A stretch of DNA of 52,463 bases from Octopus bimaculoides (Eukaryota). This document shows, one piece after another, positions 38,424 to 52,417 of the stretch (the stretch's first letter is position 1; every line of letters starts with the position of its first letter). The translations under genes and the position numbers were made by a program. The DNA lies in NCBI RefSeq assembly GCF_001194135.2, contig NC_068986.1, positions 66,558,567 to 66,611,029 on the forward strand, written 5' to 3'. A model generated the notes under the pieces. The model worked only from the letters and a program-made list of their open reading frames with translations. It had not been told where the DNA came from and did not search any database.

Positions 38424-40879
38424 TCACAAATATTCACAATATATATGTATACATATATATTATATATACATATATATATATGCATGAATACATATATACA
38501 CAATTAGATATACAGAAACGCATATACGCATAGATACGTACACTCCCACGTGCACATACATATATAGAAACAGTGTGATTACTGCTATCATTATATCATT
38601 CAGCAGAATAATAAATGAAAGAATTTAGCTTGGCTGTAAACGAAAGTGATAAAACAAACCGAAGAAGTAAAAAAGGTGGCAGTAAGTGATCAATAGAACA
38701 GACATGTCTCTGAGTAAGGATTGCTTTACGCCTCTATATTCATACATCATAGAATTTAGGTCAGGCAACCATCTGGTTATCCAATGAAAATCGTTTCAAC
38801 ATCGCTTTTAGATTAACTAGTTACACCTCCTTCCTCCACCCCATAACCAAATTATATTTCCCTGTAGTAGTTCTTTAAAACATGTTTTGTACAAATCTAC
38901 TTTTGCCTTCATTTGGATCATCCTGCCTTTGATTCTCTGATTTCTATAGTGAAATTAAAGACATGAAATCTATCCAGTTATTACTTATGATAATTCATTA
39001 GTTTATTTCAGGATAGACACAACAGAAGCGTATACTTAGAAAAGCATAAGCTGGTAAATGCGAAGTTGTGATAATCATGCTTTTCGAGAAGGCATCAGCG
39101 TCATGTATGACGTGCAATAAACGAACCGGAGACTGAAACTGCGTGCGATCAAGGCTTGACGACAGTTAATATTCTTTTATACGACCATGGCTATTGAACC
39201 CAAGGTTAGCTCTTAATGAGTATAATCTTTATCGAAGGCGTTCAAGTTATGGCCATCTAGCGTTTGTTTAAAGTATAATCTATCTATGACTACATTATCA
39301 TCGATATGCATGACACCGTTTACTTTTGAAGACGGTAGGTGTGACTTAAGATAGATTTAATAATGCTTGGCAACTTAACTTCAAGAATTCCGGAATGAAT
39401 ATCGAATAGTATTTAGTTTTGCGCTCTATCATATCTGTCAATTTCAACTTTGTTCGTAGAATCAATTTTTGATTTCCTACATAAGTACATCTCAAATTTT
39501 ATTGATCCCCAGAAGAAGGAAAAAAATAGGGCAAGTTGATCCTGTTGAGATTTGAACTTAGAAACGTAATTAGTTAAATGACTGTGGATGAATAAAAGAG
39601 ACGATATCGAGATACAAATAGTCTGANNNNNNNNNNNNNNNNNNNNNNNNNNNNNNNNNNNNNNNNNNNNNNNNNNNNNNNNNNNNNNNNNNNNNNNNNN
39701 NNNNNNNNNNNNNNNNNNNNNNNNNNNNNNNNNNNNNNNNNNNNNNNNNNNNNNNNNNNNNNNNNNNNNNNNNNNNNNNNNNNNNNNNNNNNNNNNNNNN
39801 NNNNNNNNNNNNNNNNNNNNNNNNNNNNNNNNNNNNNNNNNNNNNNNNNNNNNNNNNNNNNNNNNNNNNNNNNNNNNNNNNNNNNNNNNNNNNNNNNNNN
39901 NNNNNNNNNNNNNNNNNNNNNNNNNNNNNNNNNNNNNNNNNNNNNNNNNNNNNNNNNNNNNNNNNNNAGTATCTAAAAATTAGTCTGCCAATTGAAATGA
40001 AGAGGTTTCTCATGATTTTGAAAATTTAAATTCATTGTCAGATTGTTGGAATTCCGAGCAAATACAATATTTTCTTTAAAAAATTATGATAGATTGACTG
40101 TTCTCACTTTACGAATAGGTCACAATTGGGAATCTTTAATATAAAATCTTTTCATATTTCTTCTGAATGGCAAAAGTTCAACGTTACTGTATATAGACAA
40201 GCAAAAAGTTGAGCAAGTTTCACGAATAACGAAAAAAAAAAAAGAAAAAAAAAAGAAAGAACTTTACGAATGAAATTCTCATACTAATGTAAAAATTTAC
40301 TAAATGAATATAGAAAAAAAACATGTTTATAAAATTTGATAAAATGAATAAAAATAGTGTAAAATTACCAGTAACATTTTTAATGTAGTTTATAGCCAAG
40401 TAAAACAAAACAAACATTGCCAGACATGGAATCAATTTAGGAAAAAAGAAAAAAAAATGTAATTTTCAGTTAAAATTATCTGAAACGAATTAAAAAGATG
40501 TGTTACTAATGATGGTAACTTTAACCAAAATAATTCGTTTTGTAATGGAGTATGTTGTTTATCGACTGGTAATAAGAGTGGTGCCTTTTCACTGGCGCTC
40601 AAAAGCTTTCCGTGATACTTAAATATTTTGATATCTAACATCTTGTTTGAGAGAAAAGTCAATAAATCTACCCCAGTACTTGACTGCTACTTAGTTTATT
40701 GACCACGAAATGATGATGAAAAGCAAATATTTAGGTGGTAGACCACAGAAGCTACAGAACATTGGACAAAATTGTACAGTATTTAGTTGCGAGGTATTTT
40801 AGTTAACACGGAAACTAAAGTGGCTCGTAACTAAATGATGTACAATTTTGTCATCATATATACATGCTAAAGTTACAAA

Positions 40880-40881
40880 AG

Positions 40882-40940
<59 letters not shown>

Positions 40941-41070
40941 TCGCACAAAAAGTAATAACATACACAGACATAAAACACCTGTCTTCACACGTCTGCATTC
41001 GTACACACGCGCACACACAAATGTATATGTATGTACGTACTCATACATACACACATACTTGCACACACTC

Positions 41071-41113
<43 letters not shown>

Positions 41114-41243
41114 ACCTCATCCTCATATACACATAGGTGCTTACATGCATACACATAACATAACACATATAAATAGACGTATATTTGTACATACAAAAGT
41201 ACATATATATATATACACACACAGACATACATTCACACTCCCG

Positions 41244-41287
<44 letters not shown>

Positions 41288-41400
41288 CACACCCTCCCAT
41301 CACACACATACATCCGCACATATACATACATATACATACACACATACGTACACACGCATATAAAAAGGAAAAAAATATATAAAAAATATATAAGAATATA
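40880..41400. repeat. Compound (CA)n/(TA)n/(TACA)n microsatellite region
   Basis: Direct reading. Confidence 0.92.
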
Positions 41401-41766
41401 TAAAAAAACAAAAATAAAAATAAAAATAAAAAATTACATTAAATATTAAAAATCAATGGGAGGTAAAACGTATGGTGAAGTTTGTACAGGAACATAGTAG
41501 AAATGTGGCCTCTAGCCGTGATCTTGGAGGGGCCCCAAACCATAACAGGTATTTTGTGACATGTGGACATGATCCAAAGAGTTCAGTTCTAGAAATGGAA
41601 CATGTGGGGTCCAAGGAACTTTTCCAGATGAGCCATCTTTCCATGTTACAAAGACTGCACTTGCCACTACCACTGGTATAAGAGTTACACTTGGCTAAGA
41701 TCTTCCAGTAAATACTGTAGTTGACACCTTGTTCTTTGAATGAAATAAAGTAGCTTGCTTACTAAC

Positions 41767-42104
41767 TTTGGGCACGTGTTTCCTACTATATCCTCGGGCC
41801 CACTAAAGCTTTGTGAGTGGATTTGGTAGATGGAAACTGAAAGAATCCCGTTGTATATATACATGTATGTATGTATGTATGTATGTATGTATGTATGTAT
41901 GTATGTATGTGTGTATATATTTGTGTGTCTGTGTTTGTCCCACCAACATCGCTTGAAAATAGATGGTGGTATGTTTACGTCCCTGTAACTTAGTGGTTCC
42001 GCAAAAGAAACTGATAGAATAAGTACTAGGTTTACAAAGAATTTGCTCGACTAAAGGTGGTGCTCCAGCATGGCTGCAGTCAAATGACTGAAAAAAGAAT
42101 AAAA

Positions 42105-42107
<3 letters not shown>
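41767..42107 (+). mobile_element. SINE family 4 with an internal (TATG)n microsatellite
   Basis: ttgggcacgtgtttcctactata...gtgagtggatttggtagatggaaactgaaagaatcccg [microsatellite] ...aaggtggtgctccagcatggctgcagtcaaatgactgaaaaaagaataaaaga. Further fragments at 32064-32200 and 42955-43075. Confidence 0.8.
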
Positions 42108-42169
<62 letters not shown>

Positions 42170-42181
42170 ATATATATGTAT

Positions 42182-42679
42182 ACATAATTAAAATTAGGGT
42201 TCAGCAAGAATTGCTTCACCACACACCGAAACTAGAAATAGCAGTCAAAACTATTATTTCATTACCAAAATATATCTCCCACAGGCAAAAAAGAAAAAAT
42301 AACGAATCCATCCCGGCTTTGATTAACTTTATACGCGTTTCAGGATTAAAGAGGTGTAAATTATATTACCCGATCTTATTTCCTTCTTCAGTACAGTATT
42401 TCAAAATTGGTCGAATTACTTATTCTTTTATTAGAATTTTCGGATTTATAATTTGGAAATAAGATCGGGTAATATTATTTACACCTCTTTAATCCTGAAA
42501 CGCGCATACAGTTAATCAAAGCCGAGTGGATTCGTTAATTTTTCTTTTTTGCCTGTGTGAGCTGCGAGTGCTATTGTCTGGGAGATATATTTTGGTAGAG
42601 AAATAGTAGTTTTGACTGCTATTTCTAATTTTCAGTGTGTGGTGAAGCAGTTCTTGCTGAACCCTAATTTTAATTATGT
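42182..42679. mobile_element. Long palindromic (foldback) MITE-like element
   Basis: Arms 42182-42383 and 42455-42679 are inverted copies (acataattaaaattagggttcagcaagaa... / ...ttcttgctgaaccctaattttaattatgt). 71-nt spacer; the right arm has a ~25-nt insertion. Confidence 0.88.
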
Positions 42680-43884
42680 TTATAAGTATAAAACTTTTAT
42701 ATAAGTTTACTGATAATGGTTTTTTAACACACCGAACTACTTGGTAAAATTACTAATTATTAATTAATTATTAATTTTTACCCTATATCTGTAAGAATTA
42801 TATATATAATTATATATATATATATATATATAATGCCAATCCAAATAATAGACTATTCAAAAAGCAAGAAGGTGTTCTTGCCGGAAGAGCACCTCCATTC
42901 ATTTTTGTAAACAGTTTTGTTGTTGATAAAGGTTTGACTCGTTTCTCATTACCTAAGTCGTCCCATTGCGTGGCACATTGCGTAAATGTCTTCTACTATA
43001 GCTCTGGGCCAACCAATATGAGTGAATTTGGTAAACAGAAAAATTATGCTTGAAGCCCGTTGTATGTGTGTCTCGTCTCTTGGAAATTTGAAACCTTGTC
43101 ATAAGAATAAATTCCTTTCTCTGCCTTTTTCTTCTTTCTTCTTTGAAATTTTGTTCTGTTCTTTACACACGGAGAAATAATCCGTTATGGCGTCATTTAA
43201 TTAGCGTTCTTTTTATTACTGATATATCATTTAAATAGAATGAAAGGCGTTGAAGATTTACCATTGAGAAATCTTTCTTTTATGACAAGATAACGGTCAC
43301 TTTTTCGTAGCAAAACCGGATTTAATATTGATTCTATTTCTTCGATGCTTGAACAGACACTATCATTAGGAATTATATAAAGTGTCTTCTCTGTTAAATC
43401 CAAGACAGCAACGAGGTATTTCATCGGCTAATATATTAGATAGACAACGAAGATAGCCTACAATAATCTAATACTTTTTAGAAATTCCACATAAAGTACA
43501 TCAATATCTTAATAACTAAATTGTGTGATACTTGGGTAAGGTTTCTCTTTTTTCTTAACCTTTTGCCTGTCCTATGTATCACATGTGTTGCACAGGATAT
43601 ATTTTCCTGTCATCTATGTGTCATATATGATACGTATTCCCAATTGTCTTTAAATCACCAGAGTAAACATGGGACTTATGAAAAGAAAGCTTTATACTAT
43701 TCAGATCGTATGAAACAAGGGATAAGAGTTTGAAAACAAGCGCAGACGTTTAGGACAAATTTGAAAAAATGCTTTGGACAGGCAGAGGGAAAACGTACAA
43801 GGACCTAACCACATGTACATGCATGCACACATGCAAACACACACACACACACACACATACATACGCGCTAGCACATGCACACAC

Positions 43885-43926
<42 letters not shown>

Positions 43927-44234
43927 TCATTTGGTGGTGGATCTCCGTCGGTCGACGATGAGGATTCAATTGTGCGATCAACTGAATTACTAGCACCTGA
44001 ATTGAAGAGTAAGTGGCAGAACATTATACTCAGACACGTGTTCTCCTAACGTAATTCTCAGACAGAATCAACACATGACACAATGTAGAGCTCCGATGGA
44101 CTTCTTTATATTTTCAATTTCATCCGCAAGGTATGGGGTGACAGAAAATGACAGTTTACGGAGGTAGCCACGCGAATTCTAGACCTCAATGTTTGCGGAG
44201 CGAATTTCTAAACTCTTCGGCCACACTGCGCTCA

Positions 44235-44283
44235 CACACACACACACGCACGCACGTACGCACGCACGCACGCACGCACGCAT

Positions 44284-44357
<74 letters not shown>

Positions 44358-44400
44358 CCATACACTCAAGTATACACACATACACATACTCGTCCCACAG
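44235..44400. repeat. (CA)n/(CGCA)n microsatellite
   Basis: Direct reading. Confidence 0.92.
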
Positions 44401-45153
44401 TCTACACGTATGTATGTAAATACACATTTCAAGAATCTGTCACTGTCATAGTCTCATTCTTCAGTTCCTATCTCTTCGTCATAAATATTTGATTGACTTC
44501 TTCCTAAATATCATCATATATCGATACACTTCCATAGATCTGGTATATTATTTGTTGTTGCAGAATCATTAGCACGCCGGACAAAATGTATAACGGCTTT
44601 TTGTCCGTCTTTATGTTATGAGCTCAAATTCTGTCGAGGTCGATTTTGCTTTTCGTTGATAAGTACTGTTATTTGCATTTGTATTTGTGTAACATTTCTC
44701 CGTTTTTTCCCATCCTTGCTTTCGTATACATTCGCTGCTTTCTTCCAAGGAATCTAATGCCCTTAGCTTAGTTTTTCCTTGGGGCTGGCCAGATTGGAGC
44801 AATCTCGAGTATAACCAGCCGAAATTTCAAAGCTAATCTGGAACTCGACTGAGGAAAGAAAATTCCGAATGACCCGTCCTTGTTTTCTTAGTATCGTCTC
44901 TCTGGATGTTTTGTTGTCCCTCTTTTGTATCACCTAACTGTCTGGATGTTTTGTATCTAGCATCGATTCCTCATTTTCCATATGCATAATGATCATTGTG
45001 AAAGTGACTGTGATTTACCAGTAAGCTACCAGGTGTAAACCATTCGTTTTATTATGTATTAACCACAACCAATTTCCGATTTTCGGGAGGTGCTGTACGA
45101 CAGTGTACCAAGATGATGTATATATGTACATGTGTGTATGTATGTATGTATGT

Positions 45154-46440
45154 CTCTTCTATTTTTCAATTATAAATCTTCCACTGAGGAGGAAGCCAGT
45201 TTCCAAGAAAGATACAAGGCTCCATCTTTGGGATGTAGTTAACATTGACAAATTCCCATTTGGAACTTGAGAAAAGGCTGTTATATTTTTACTGTTCAAC
45301 TCACAGATTGGACTTGTACGAATCAGCTGGTCAATTTCTCTTTCTGAAAATTCCAGTTTATCCAGATTCTCCTTTAAGCATTTACTAACAAAACCTAGTG
45401 CCCCAATTATTATTGGTATGAATATGAATTCATAGTTTGGATATAGAAGCTGGAGGTTTCGAAGCAGTTGTCCATAGATCTCTTCTGTTTCCTTGATTTT
45501 CAAAGAGATATTTATATCTGCAGGGAAGATTCCTTGAGTTGGTGTTTATGAATGTATTCCATAACAGTGATTTTCTAAGTTTATTTCAGGACTGTCTTTT
45601 TTGAAGATGACATTGTAAATTGTTTTAGCAACGACATCGTGCTGCATAGGCAGGTAGTACTGTGACAACATCTTAGGACAGCTGCTAATCACATGCGTAA
45701 TGTCTTTCACAGAAACATAATATATCCTACGCATCGGGTTGCACCTTTGAATTACAAGAGCGTCACTGTCTCTCTTGTTTACCAAGTACTTTGTGGCAAT
45801 TTTCTGTTCCTGGACTGCAAACGCATAGTCTTCAACGTGTGATGTGATGTAGTGGTCTTGTGTTCAAGAGAGGCTGCGCTTCGTATCAATTCTACTGCCT
45901 TCTTCAAGCTTCTGGGAAACACACCCATGCATGGTCTTTTTTGTTTGAATGCTGAGTGCTTTCCATCCAGGTTTTCTCTGAGGTAAGAGAGCCCAGCTGT
46001 TTTGGTGACTGTATAGGAGATCATTAAGAAGAGAGTGTTTCTTGAGAAGTCCACTGCCAACTCGTACAATGTTGCTCACTTCACTTTTCAGGACTGCATT
46101 AATATATTTATTTCTGCTGCTGTTGTTTAGCAGTTTCTACTTGAGTGATACCATACGGCATTCGAAGGCCATCTGCACTGATCTCAGGCCTCTACCACCT
46201 TCATTTCTTCTTAGGTAGAACCTGTCAACATCAGTGTTTCTGTGGAAGTTCCCAGTTGTTGTCAGGATTTTGCAGGTTTTGATATCTATGGAGTTGATTT
46301 CCTCTACAGACCAATCAAGTATCCCAAAATGTTGGGATCAACACTGGTACTGCAAATGAATTGTGAGATATTGTTTTGTTGTAAGAGAAGAGTTCCGACT
46401 GCCATATTTTCCTAAGTCTGGTGTAATATTCTCGGGTTAT
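45154..46440 (-). mobile_element. R4/Dong-like retrotransposon, 5'-truncated (copy 5, related to copy 4)
   Basis: The minus strand reads REYYTRLRKIWQSEL..NKTISHNSFAVPVL..VDRFYLRRNEGGRGL..; DITHVISSCPKMLSQYYLPMQHDVVAK; FIPIIIGALG. (TATG)n directly abuts both ends. Confidence 0.9.
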
Positions 46441-46449
46441 GTATGTATG

Positions 46450-46483
<34 letters not shown>

Positions 46484-46507
46484 TGTATGTATGTATGTAT
46501 GTATGTA

Positions 46508-46559
<52 letters not shown>

Positions 46560-46580
46560 CGTGCGTGTATGTATGTATGT
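46441..46580. repeat. (TATG)n(TG)n microsatellite
   Basis: Direct reading. Confidence 0.95.
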
Positions 46581-47027
46581 ATTATGTATGTGTGTGGATA
46601 TATATTATTCCGTCACTCTGTTTCTTCTGAGACTATTATAAAGAATTATTAGCCATTAATAATCCCTTCTATTGCAGAAAAGGAATTATATGTTGATAAT
46701 CATACTAATACACTTTCAGTACAGGAGCTAAAATGTGCCTGACTTTTTAATTAGGACACTCAACTTTCCCAGAGGTCGATTTCATCTTCCATCTTACTGT
46801 CATTAAACAAACTAAATAATAGTCTACTACTCAGGTCAATTCCGTCAATTATAACGCTTCTGCTATTATATGTGGTTGTGTCGTGTACAGACGAGAGATT
46901 TCAGTTAGCGGAAGACCAATGTGACTAAAACCTAAACCAGACATTCATGCCGCATTGGTCAATCGAGACGTTTGGCTTGGAGGAGATGCATTGGTCCGGG
47001 TAAGACGCCCGACCAGATGATGATAAC

Positions 47028-47054
47028 GATGATGTTGACGACGACGACGACGAC

Positions 47055-47089
<35 letters not shown>

Positions 47090-47103
47090 GGATGGTGATG
47101 ATG
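47028..47103. repeat. (GAC)n(GAT)n microsatellite
   Basis: Direct reading. Confidence 0.92.
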
Positions 47104-47378
47104 CTTCTTTGCAAACTGTAATCCACAAGCCGAAGTTAAAAAATCAATATCATGTACCTGAATATGTACTAGATAAACAATTTTGTTACGTCTTTTACTT
47201 CACTTACTCCCCATGTAACTACAATAAATATATAAATGTTACGTAATCTCATTTAACCCTCATATCTTGTTTTCGTGATCAAATTTCAGAGTAAATTTTG
47301 TTCTAGTTTTTTTTTTTTTTAGATAGAAAAGTATTCTTTATGATATTACTAATTAACATTCTTTTTAATACTGATATA

Positions 47379-48590
47379 CTATGTTGGAAAGAAAGTCCTG
47401 TCGCATTTCAAGATAGGAAGGAAATACTTATTTGGTCTTAATTGATAAATCTAGTCAGTGCAATATTTCCTTTCATTATTACTAACATAAGCACAATTAT
47501 TTAGCAAGCTGTTGATCCTTCGAGCGTAAGATGCTTTAGATTTCGAAGCAAAGACACATTAAATATTATTTTTAACTTCTTCATAATTAATGAACTTTTC
47601 CCCTCTAAATAATAGTGCAATGAACTGAAAAGATGATAAACAGGTGGAGCAAGATCAGGAGATAAGCAGGATGGGGCAACACTTCCATATTTAGTGCTAT
47701 AACCTTTTCTTGAGTGACTTGGGCAAAATATAGTCTTGCAATATTGTATAAAATAACATCCCCTTACGACTGACCAATGACGGACGCTTTTCTTGCAAAT
47801 TTTTGTACGATGCTTCTCATTGACGGCCATACTTCTCCGAATTAATTGTTTCGTTTTGGTTTAACACTTCATGATAGACACCACTCTTCCTATTCTACCA
47901 AGCACAGAACATAACTTTTTCGGGTGGAGTCCTGGTTTTGGGATGGACTCCTTCGTTTCGTCGGATGCTAACCACGAGGCTTTTATTTGGATATGATTAT
48001 AGAAGACGCATTTTTCATCACTTTTGAGGATTCTATCCAGGAAAGGCCCGGTAACATGTCCACTCTTTAATAATGAGTAATAATTGATTAACCTGAGAAG
48101 CAATCAGATGATGAACTCACTGACCAAGTTTAGGCACTTTGTCCAGTTCATGAAAGTGTCTTATGATCGAAGTGTAACTTGAACTGAACTGTTTTTCAAA
48201 TTATCGTGCAATTTGCTTTGCATATTCTTCAACTATGGTTTTTAGAAGCTCAATTTTGACTGAAGTTAGTTGTCCAGATCGAGGGGAATCTGCGCGAGAA
48301 AAATTTCTTGGGCGAAACTTGTTAAACCATCGTTGGCGTGTCAGGACGATAAAAGCTTAATTTCCATAGTCAAAACTAATATTTCTTGCTGCTTCCATTG
48401 CTGAAAAACTTCTTTTAAGTTCATACAGAGGCTGGCAGTGTGTCTTATATGGGTTTGATCTAAACTCATTTTAACAGAATAAAATCGATATGAATTTAAA
48501 CAAAAATTTGTAAAGTAATCTGCAAAGAAAGAAAAAAAAAAAACCAAATTAGAATGTAAAAAATGCGACAAGACTTTTCTGCCAATCTAA
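47379..48590 (-). mobile_element. Full-length but decayed mariner (DD34D-type) transposon
   Basis: TA|ctatgttggaaagaaagtcctgtcgcattt ... aaatgcgacaagacttttctgccaatctaa|TA. Minus-strand pieces MSLDQTHIRH, FLDRILKSDEKCVFY, PKPGLHPKK and SPDLAPPVYHLFSSL. Confidence 0.9.
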
Positions 48591-50379
48591 TAATTTTTAA
48601 AAAGTAAAAACCTGATTTTCTTAAACTGAAAAAGCTGGAGCATTACTCATTTGAAATGTTTCTTTTGACGCAATAATGGCTGACCCTATTTTGATTTCAT
48701 ATCTTTATGGCTTCAGCAAACACCAACATAAGAATTATATGGACTATCTTATCTGCTAAGTTCAAGACTGTATTGAAATATTTCACAGATCAATGTGATA
48801 AACAAAATGAAGTCAGTCTACAATCGTTAAGTACATTTTAAATATTCCACACGAAGCGCATCAAAATCTTAATAACTAATCCTCGTGACAGTTATGTAAG
48901 GATTTCTTTTAAGCAGAGATATACTTAACATACTTAACTGCATATGGATACGCACAGAAATATAGCACACGTGCTCAGTTGTATATATACATAGTTACAC
49001 ATATACGTGTATGTGTGGAAGCTTGTATAAATGTATATGCCAAGATCTATAACTACATATAAATATTGACAAATATATGATTTAATAACTGTTGTTGTCA
49101 TTCATCAGTTTTCGTTTCTTGAATCCTTTCCATAAATTTATGATTGCCTTTCAACTAAATATTATAACGCAACGACATCATACTAAATATATACATTAGC
49201 AATTATCTTATTTTAAATTTCCAGCTTGCTGCACAGTTATTATATTTGTATATTAGTGGTTATCAATTTTAAAAAATTCCAGCCAGGTTAGCTTGTTGAA
49301 CTTACCGTTGGTATACAACAGAAGCTTGTAAATGCTTATCGGCGAATGGCCACAACCAGATTTGAAAGTGTTAATAGATATTCTATGCAGCTATAAAGGC
49401 GCAAACAGTATGGAATCGAGGATTATGGATAATATCGAACATCTGCGCTATCCATCATGAACCAAAAAGTACTGTTCCACAAATCCGCTCTATCCACCCC
49501 TCCACCCATCCATCTCATGTCCAACCACACCCAAAGCCTGAATCCACCTCTTAGAAACGTCCTCTGAAAAGCCCATGCACTCAACCTCCATTCTCCACAA
49601 CTCTGCACGCCATCTGTTTTCTTTACACACTTCTACCTACTTTGCATATTTTCACGCCTCCCTCTCATTCGTTTCCTTCGTCTTCGTCTCTCACGACACA
49701 GTTAACTAACTCAGTGGTTACTACACAACAGAATGTCTGTAGCAGATGAAGTCTCAACGTTGTGATGTGTGCACCACAACTGCTAGCTTCGTCTGCTTCC
49801 ATTTTTCATACTCTGAAACCACCCAGTCATCTGCAACTGTTAATAATAAAAAGGGAAGTACATACTTCCTGTCTCTTTTCTTTTTACCTTAATTTCCAAA
49901 TTTGACTTGGAATACGCACGCACAATCATACACATCTCTGTGTCTCTGTGTACACACTGGAGATGCACATGTGTATCAAGAGAATGATTTGATGTTTGAA
50001 AGATTGACAGTTCTGCTGTTGTATCTGATTGCCACTGAGTGGGAAAAAGAAGAAATGTAGAGCAATTGTCACGGAGTATCAACGATGTCTTTATGAACCT
50101 GGTGAAGTCAGATCTGAGAACATTGGCTATCTACAGATGAAGTGACAGACTATAAAGACAAGTAGAGAAATACTGTATTGGAGGCCAACTATAAATTACG
50201 TTAGCCCGGGCAAACCAAAATCAAAGCCTCCACGTCTTGTTTTCTTAATCTCTTAAAGTGTAGGCGGAGTGTAAAATATCTTTTTCCCTAAAACTTTGGA
50301 AATTTCAATCCAGTCTATTCAAATTAACAAACATTTCACTATGACGTAACATAATTATTCTTGTCACTGTATCGACAAG

Positions 50380-50900
50380 ACACTCGGGTATTGATATACA
50401 TCGCTGGCCACAATTCACTTCAGCCTTTCTTTTCCATCTTCACCCAGATCGTTTAACTAAATCATCTTCCTATCGTCGTGGACACCTTTTGAGTAGCTTT
50501 TCCGATCTCTTAGCTGCCACTTGGGTTCACTTGTTTGTGAACTTTGCGATTTGTTCAGCACAGGGAAACCTATCCTTTCGGTATTTCACAATCACGTTGT
50601 TCACTCCGCTTCGTTCTCGAATTCTCATTTCGAGTATGCTCTCACAATGGTATTCCTAGCATGAATTTTTTCACGGCACTTTGCGTCGTAGCCAATCGAT
50701 GTTCTCTCTTCGTAGTAGCCCAAGTCTCATTCGCATATAAGAGCGAAGGTAGGACGGTACTACTGATGAGTTTGGCATGTGTGGTCTTGTGCAGCTTTGC
50801 TTTAAGTATATCCTTTATAGAAGCAAACGCCTCCTATCCTCCTCTTTCTCTTCGAAAATTTGGCACCCATTATTCTGATATACTTCTATATCAGAAAATA
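50380..50900 (-). mobile_element. RTE-1-type LINE 3' fragment
   Basis: The minus strand reads DILKAKL...STVLPSLLYANETWATTKREHRLATTQSAV..MLGI...RERSGV..VIVKYRK..., the post-RT region of RTE elements. Confidence 0.75.
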
Positions 50901-51175
50901 GGGAAAAATAGAATTTTCTGAAAAGGAAAGATTTTGTAAGATTACTAGCTCCGAAGGATTTTCTTATGACATAAAGGTTAATTTTCTCAACATAATTACA
51001 GGCCTACATGATTGACAACGAATTTATTTTGTGATCACCAAACATAATTTCGACATTCTTCACGAACATTGAAATCTTAATAACTGAATTTTGTGACAAT
51101 CGTGTCAGTTTTCCTGTTAGCGTATATGTACATTACTACATATAAGCATACACAGACACAGCAGCCAACCTACCC

Positions 51176-51341
<166 letters not shown>

Positions 51342-52414
51342 ATTTTATTTGTGCATATATAGATATGTGTATATGTATCTGAGTGTGATCTTGTATAAAT
51401 GTATGATTGTCTTTTAACTAGATTTTGTAATATAACGGTAATTTATATATCCTATATACTAATTATTATCATTCTTATTTAAAATTCTCATCCTCCTGCA
51501 CATCCTGGATTCCGGTTACTCTTGATTATAGTGAATAGTCACTTCCACATTTGAAAGAGTATTATTAGTTAGTTTGTGTAACAAGAAACCGCAGAGTATT
51601 TTTACCAGATATCTATCGAGTCGAGGATTATAGATGATATCCATAATGTTTGGTAAGCAGGAACCTATTAATTTGTAATCACTATTTAGTGTTGGAATAT
51701 CAACAGAGCTTGTTTGTGGAGTGGAGGGAATAAACAGTCGCAAGATATCCACAGAATTGTTTTAATCTTCGACAGAAGTTTGTCGGGAATCTTATTTCGA
51801 AGTTAGCCAATTTCAGTAACTTCAAGTCATGACATAATTGTAAAATATCTTGTTATTTTGATACGTAACTGCATAGACGATCATGTTCACTGCCACGTTG
51901 TCAATAAAATAACTACAAGTCAAATACATATTTAAAAAACAGAAACTATGACATTATGATTGCAAAAGATACAGTTGTAGTATTATGAACAAATCAAATG
52001 GCAACTGTTATGGGGGTTGTCTTGGTTAGATCAAATCTGATGTCACACTATGAAGATGTTTGGTGATACACTGTTTGGAGACTAACAATAAAGTATGTTA
52101 GTATGAAAACAAACATTAAAGCAATGATGAAAATAGCAACTCAGATGATGATAGTCATGAAAATGATCATGGCCATAAAAATTAAGTGAGAAGCGGTGTA
52201 GTTTTATACATATAAATTTATACGAATATTTGGTTCTTTTGCTGAATCAATTTTCTCATGTTTAGTTCAGTTTCTTAAAAATGGAAGTTTAACTGCTATG
52301 TACGAACTACATCTGCCAACATTATGAAGTAACTCTAAGCCCTCAGAAATAGCTGTCGGACTTGTAACGCCTTCTCTCGTCTAATTCTTGAGTGTTTATA
52401 ATCTGAGTAAGTTT

Positions 52415-52417
<3 letters not shown>

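Noticed and set aside
41453-41740. Unique-looking stretch with 63-69-aa ORFs on both strands
   Set aside because: No recognisable domain or splice signals; ORF lengths are compatible with chance.
43227-43424. 65-aa minus-strand ORF sharing NP..L..DRYLV with ORF 51516-51752
   Set aside because: The similarity is limited to about six residues with no DNA-level match; treated as coincidence.
44690-45050. Repeat-like sequence downstream of copy 5
   Set aside because: Probably an interspersed repeat, but there is no second copy in the window and no coding motif to classify it.
49400-49620. Possible LINE post-RT remnant on the minus strand (GH..MD-like)
   Set aside because: Too degenerate to support a call.
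51500-52200. Cys-rich frame (CKRYSCS..NGNCYGGC) followed by acidic NSDDDS, suggestive of a transposase C-terminal CXC region
   Set aside because: Interrupted by many stops with no diagnostic motif intact. A profile-HMM or tblastx search would be needed.
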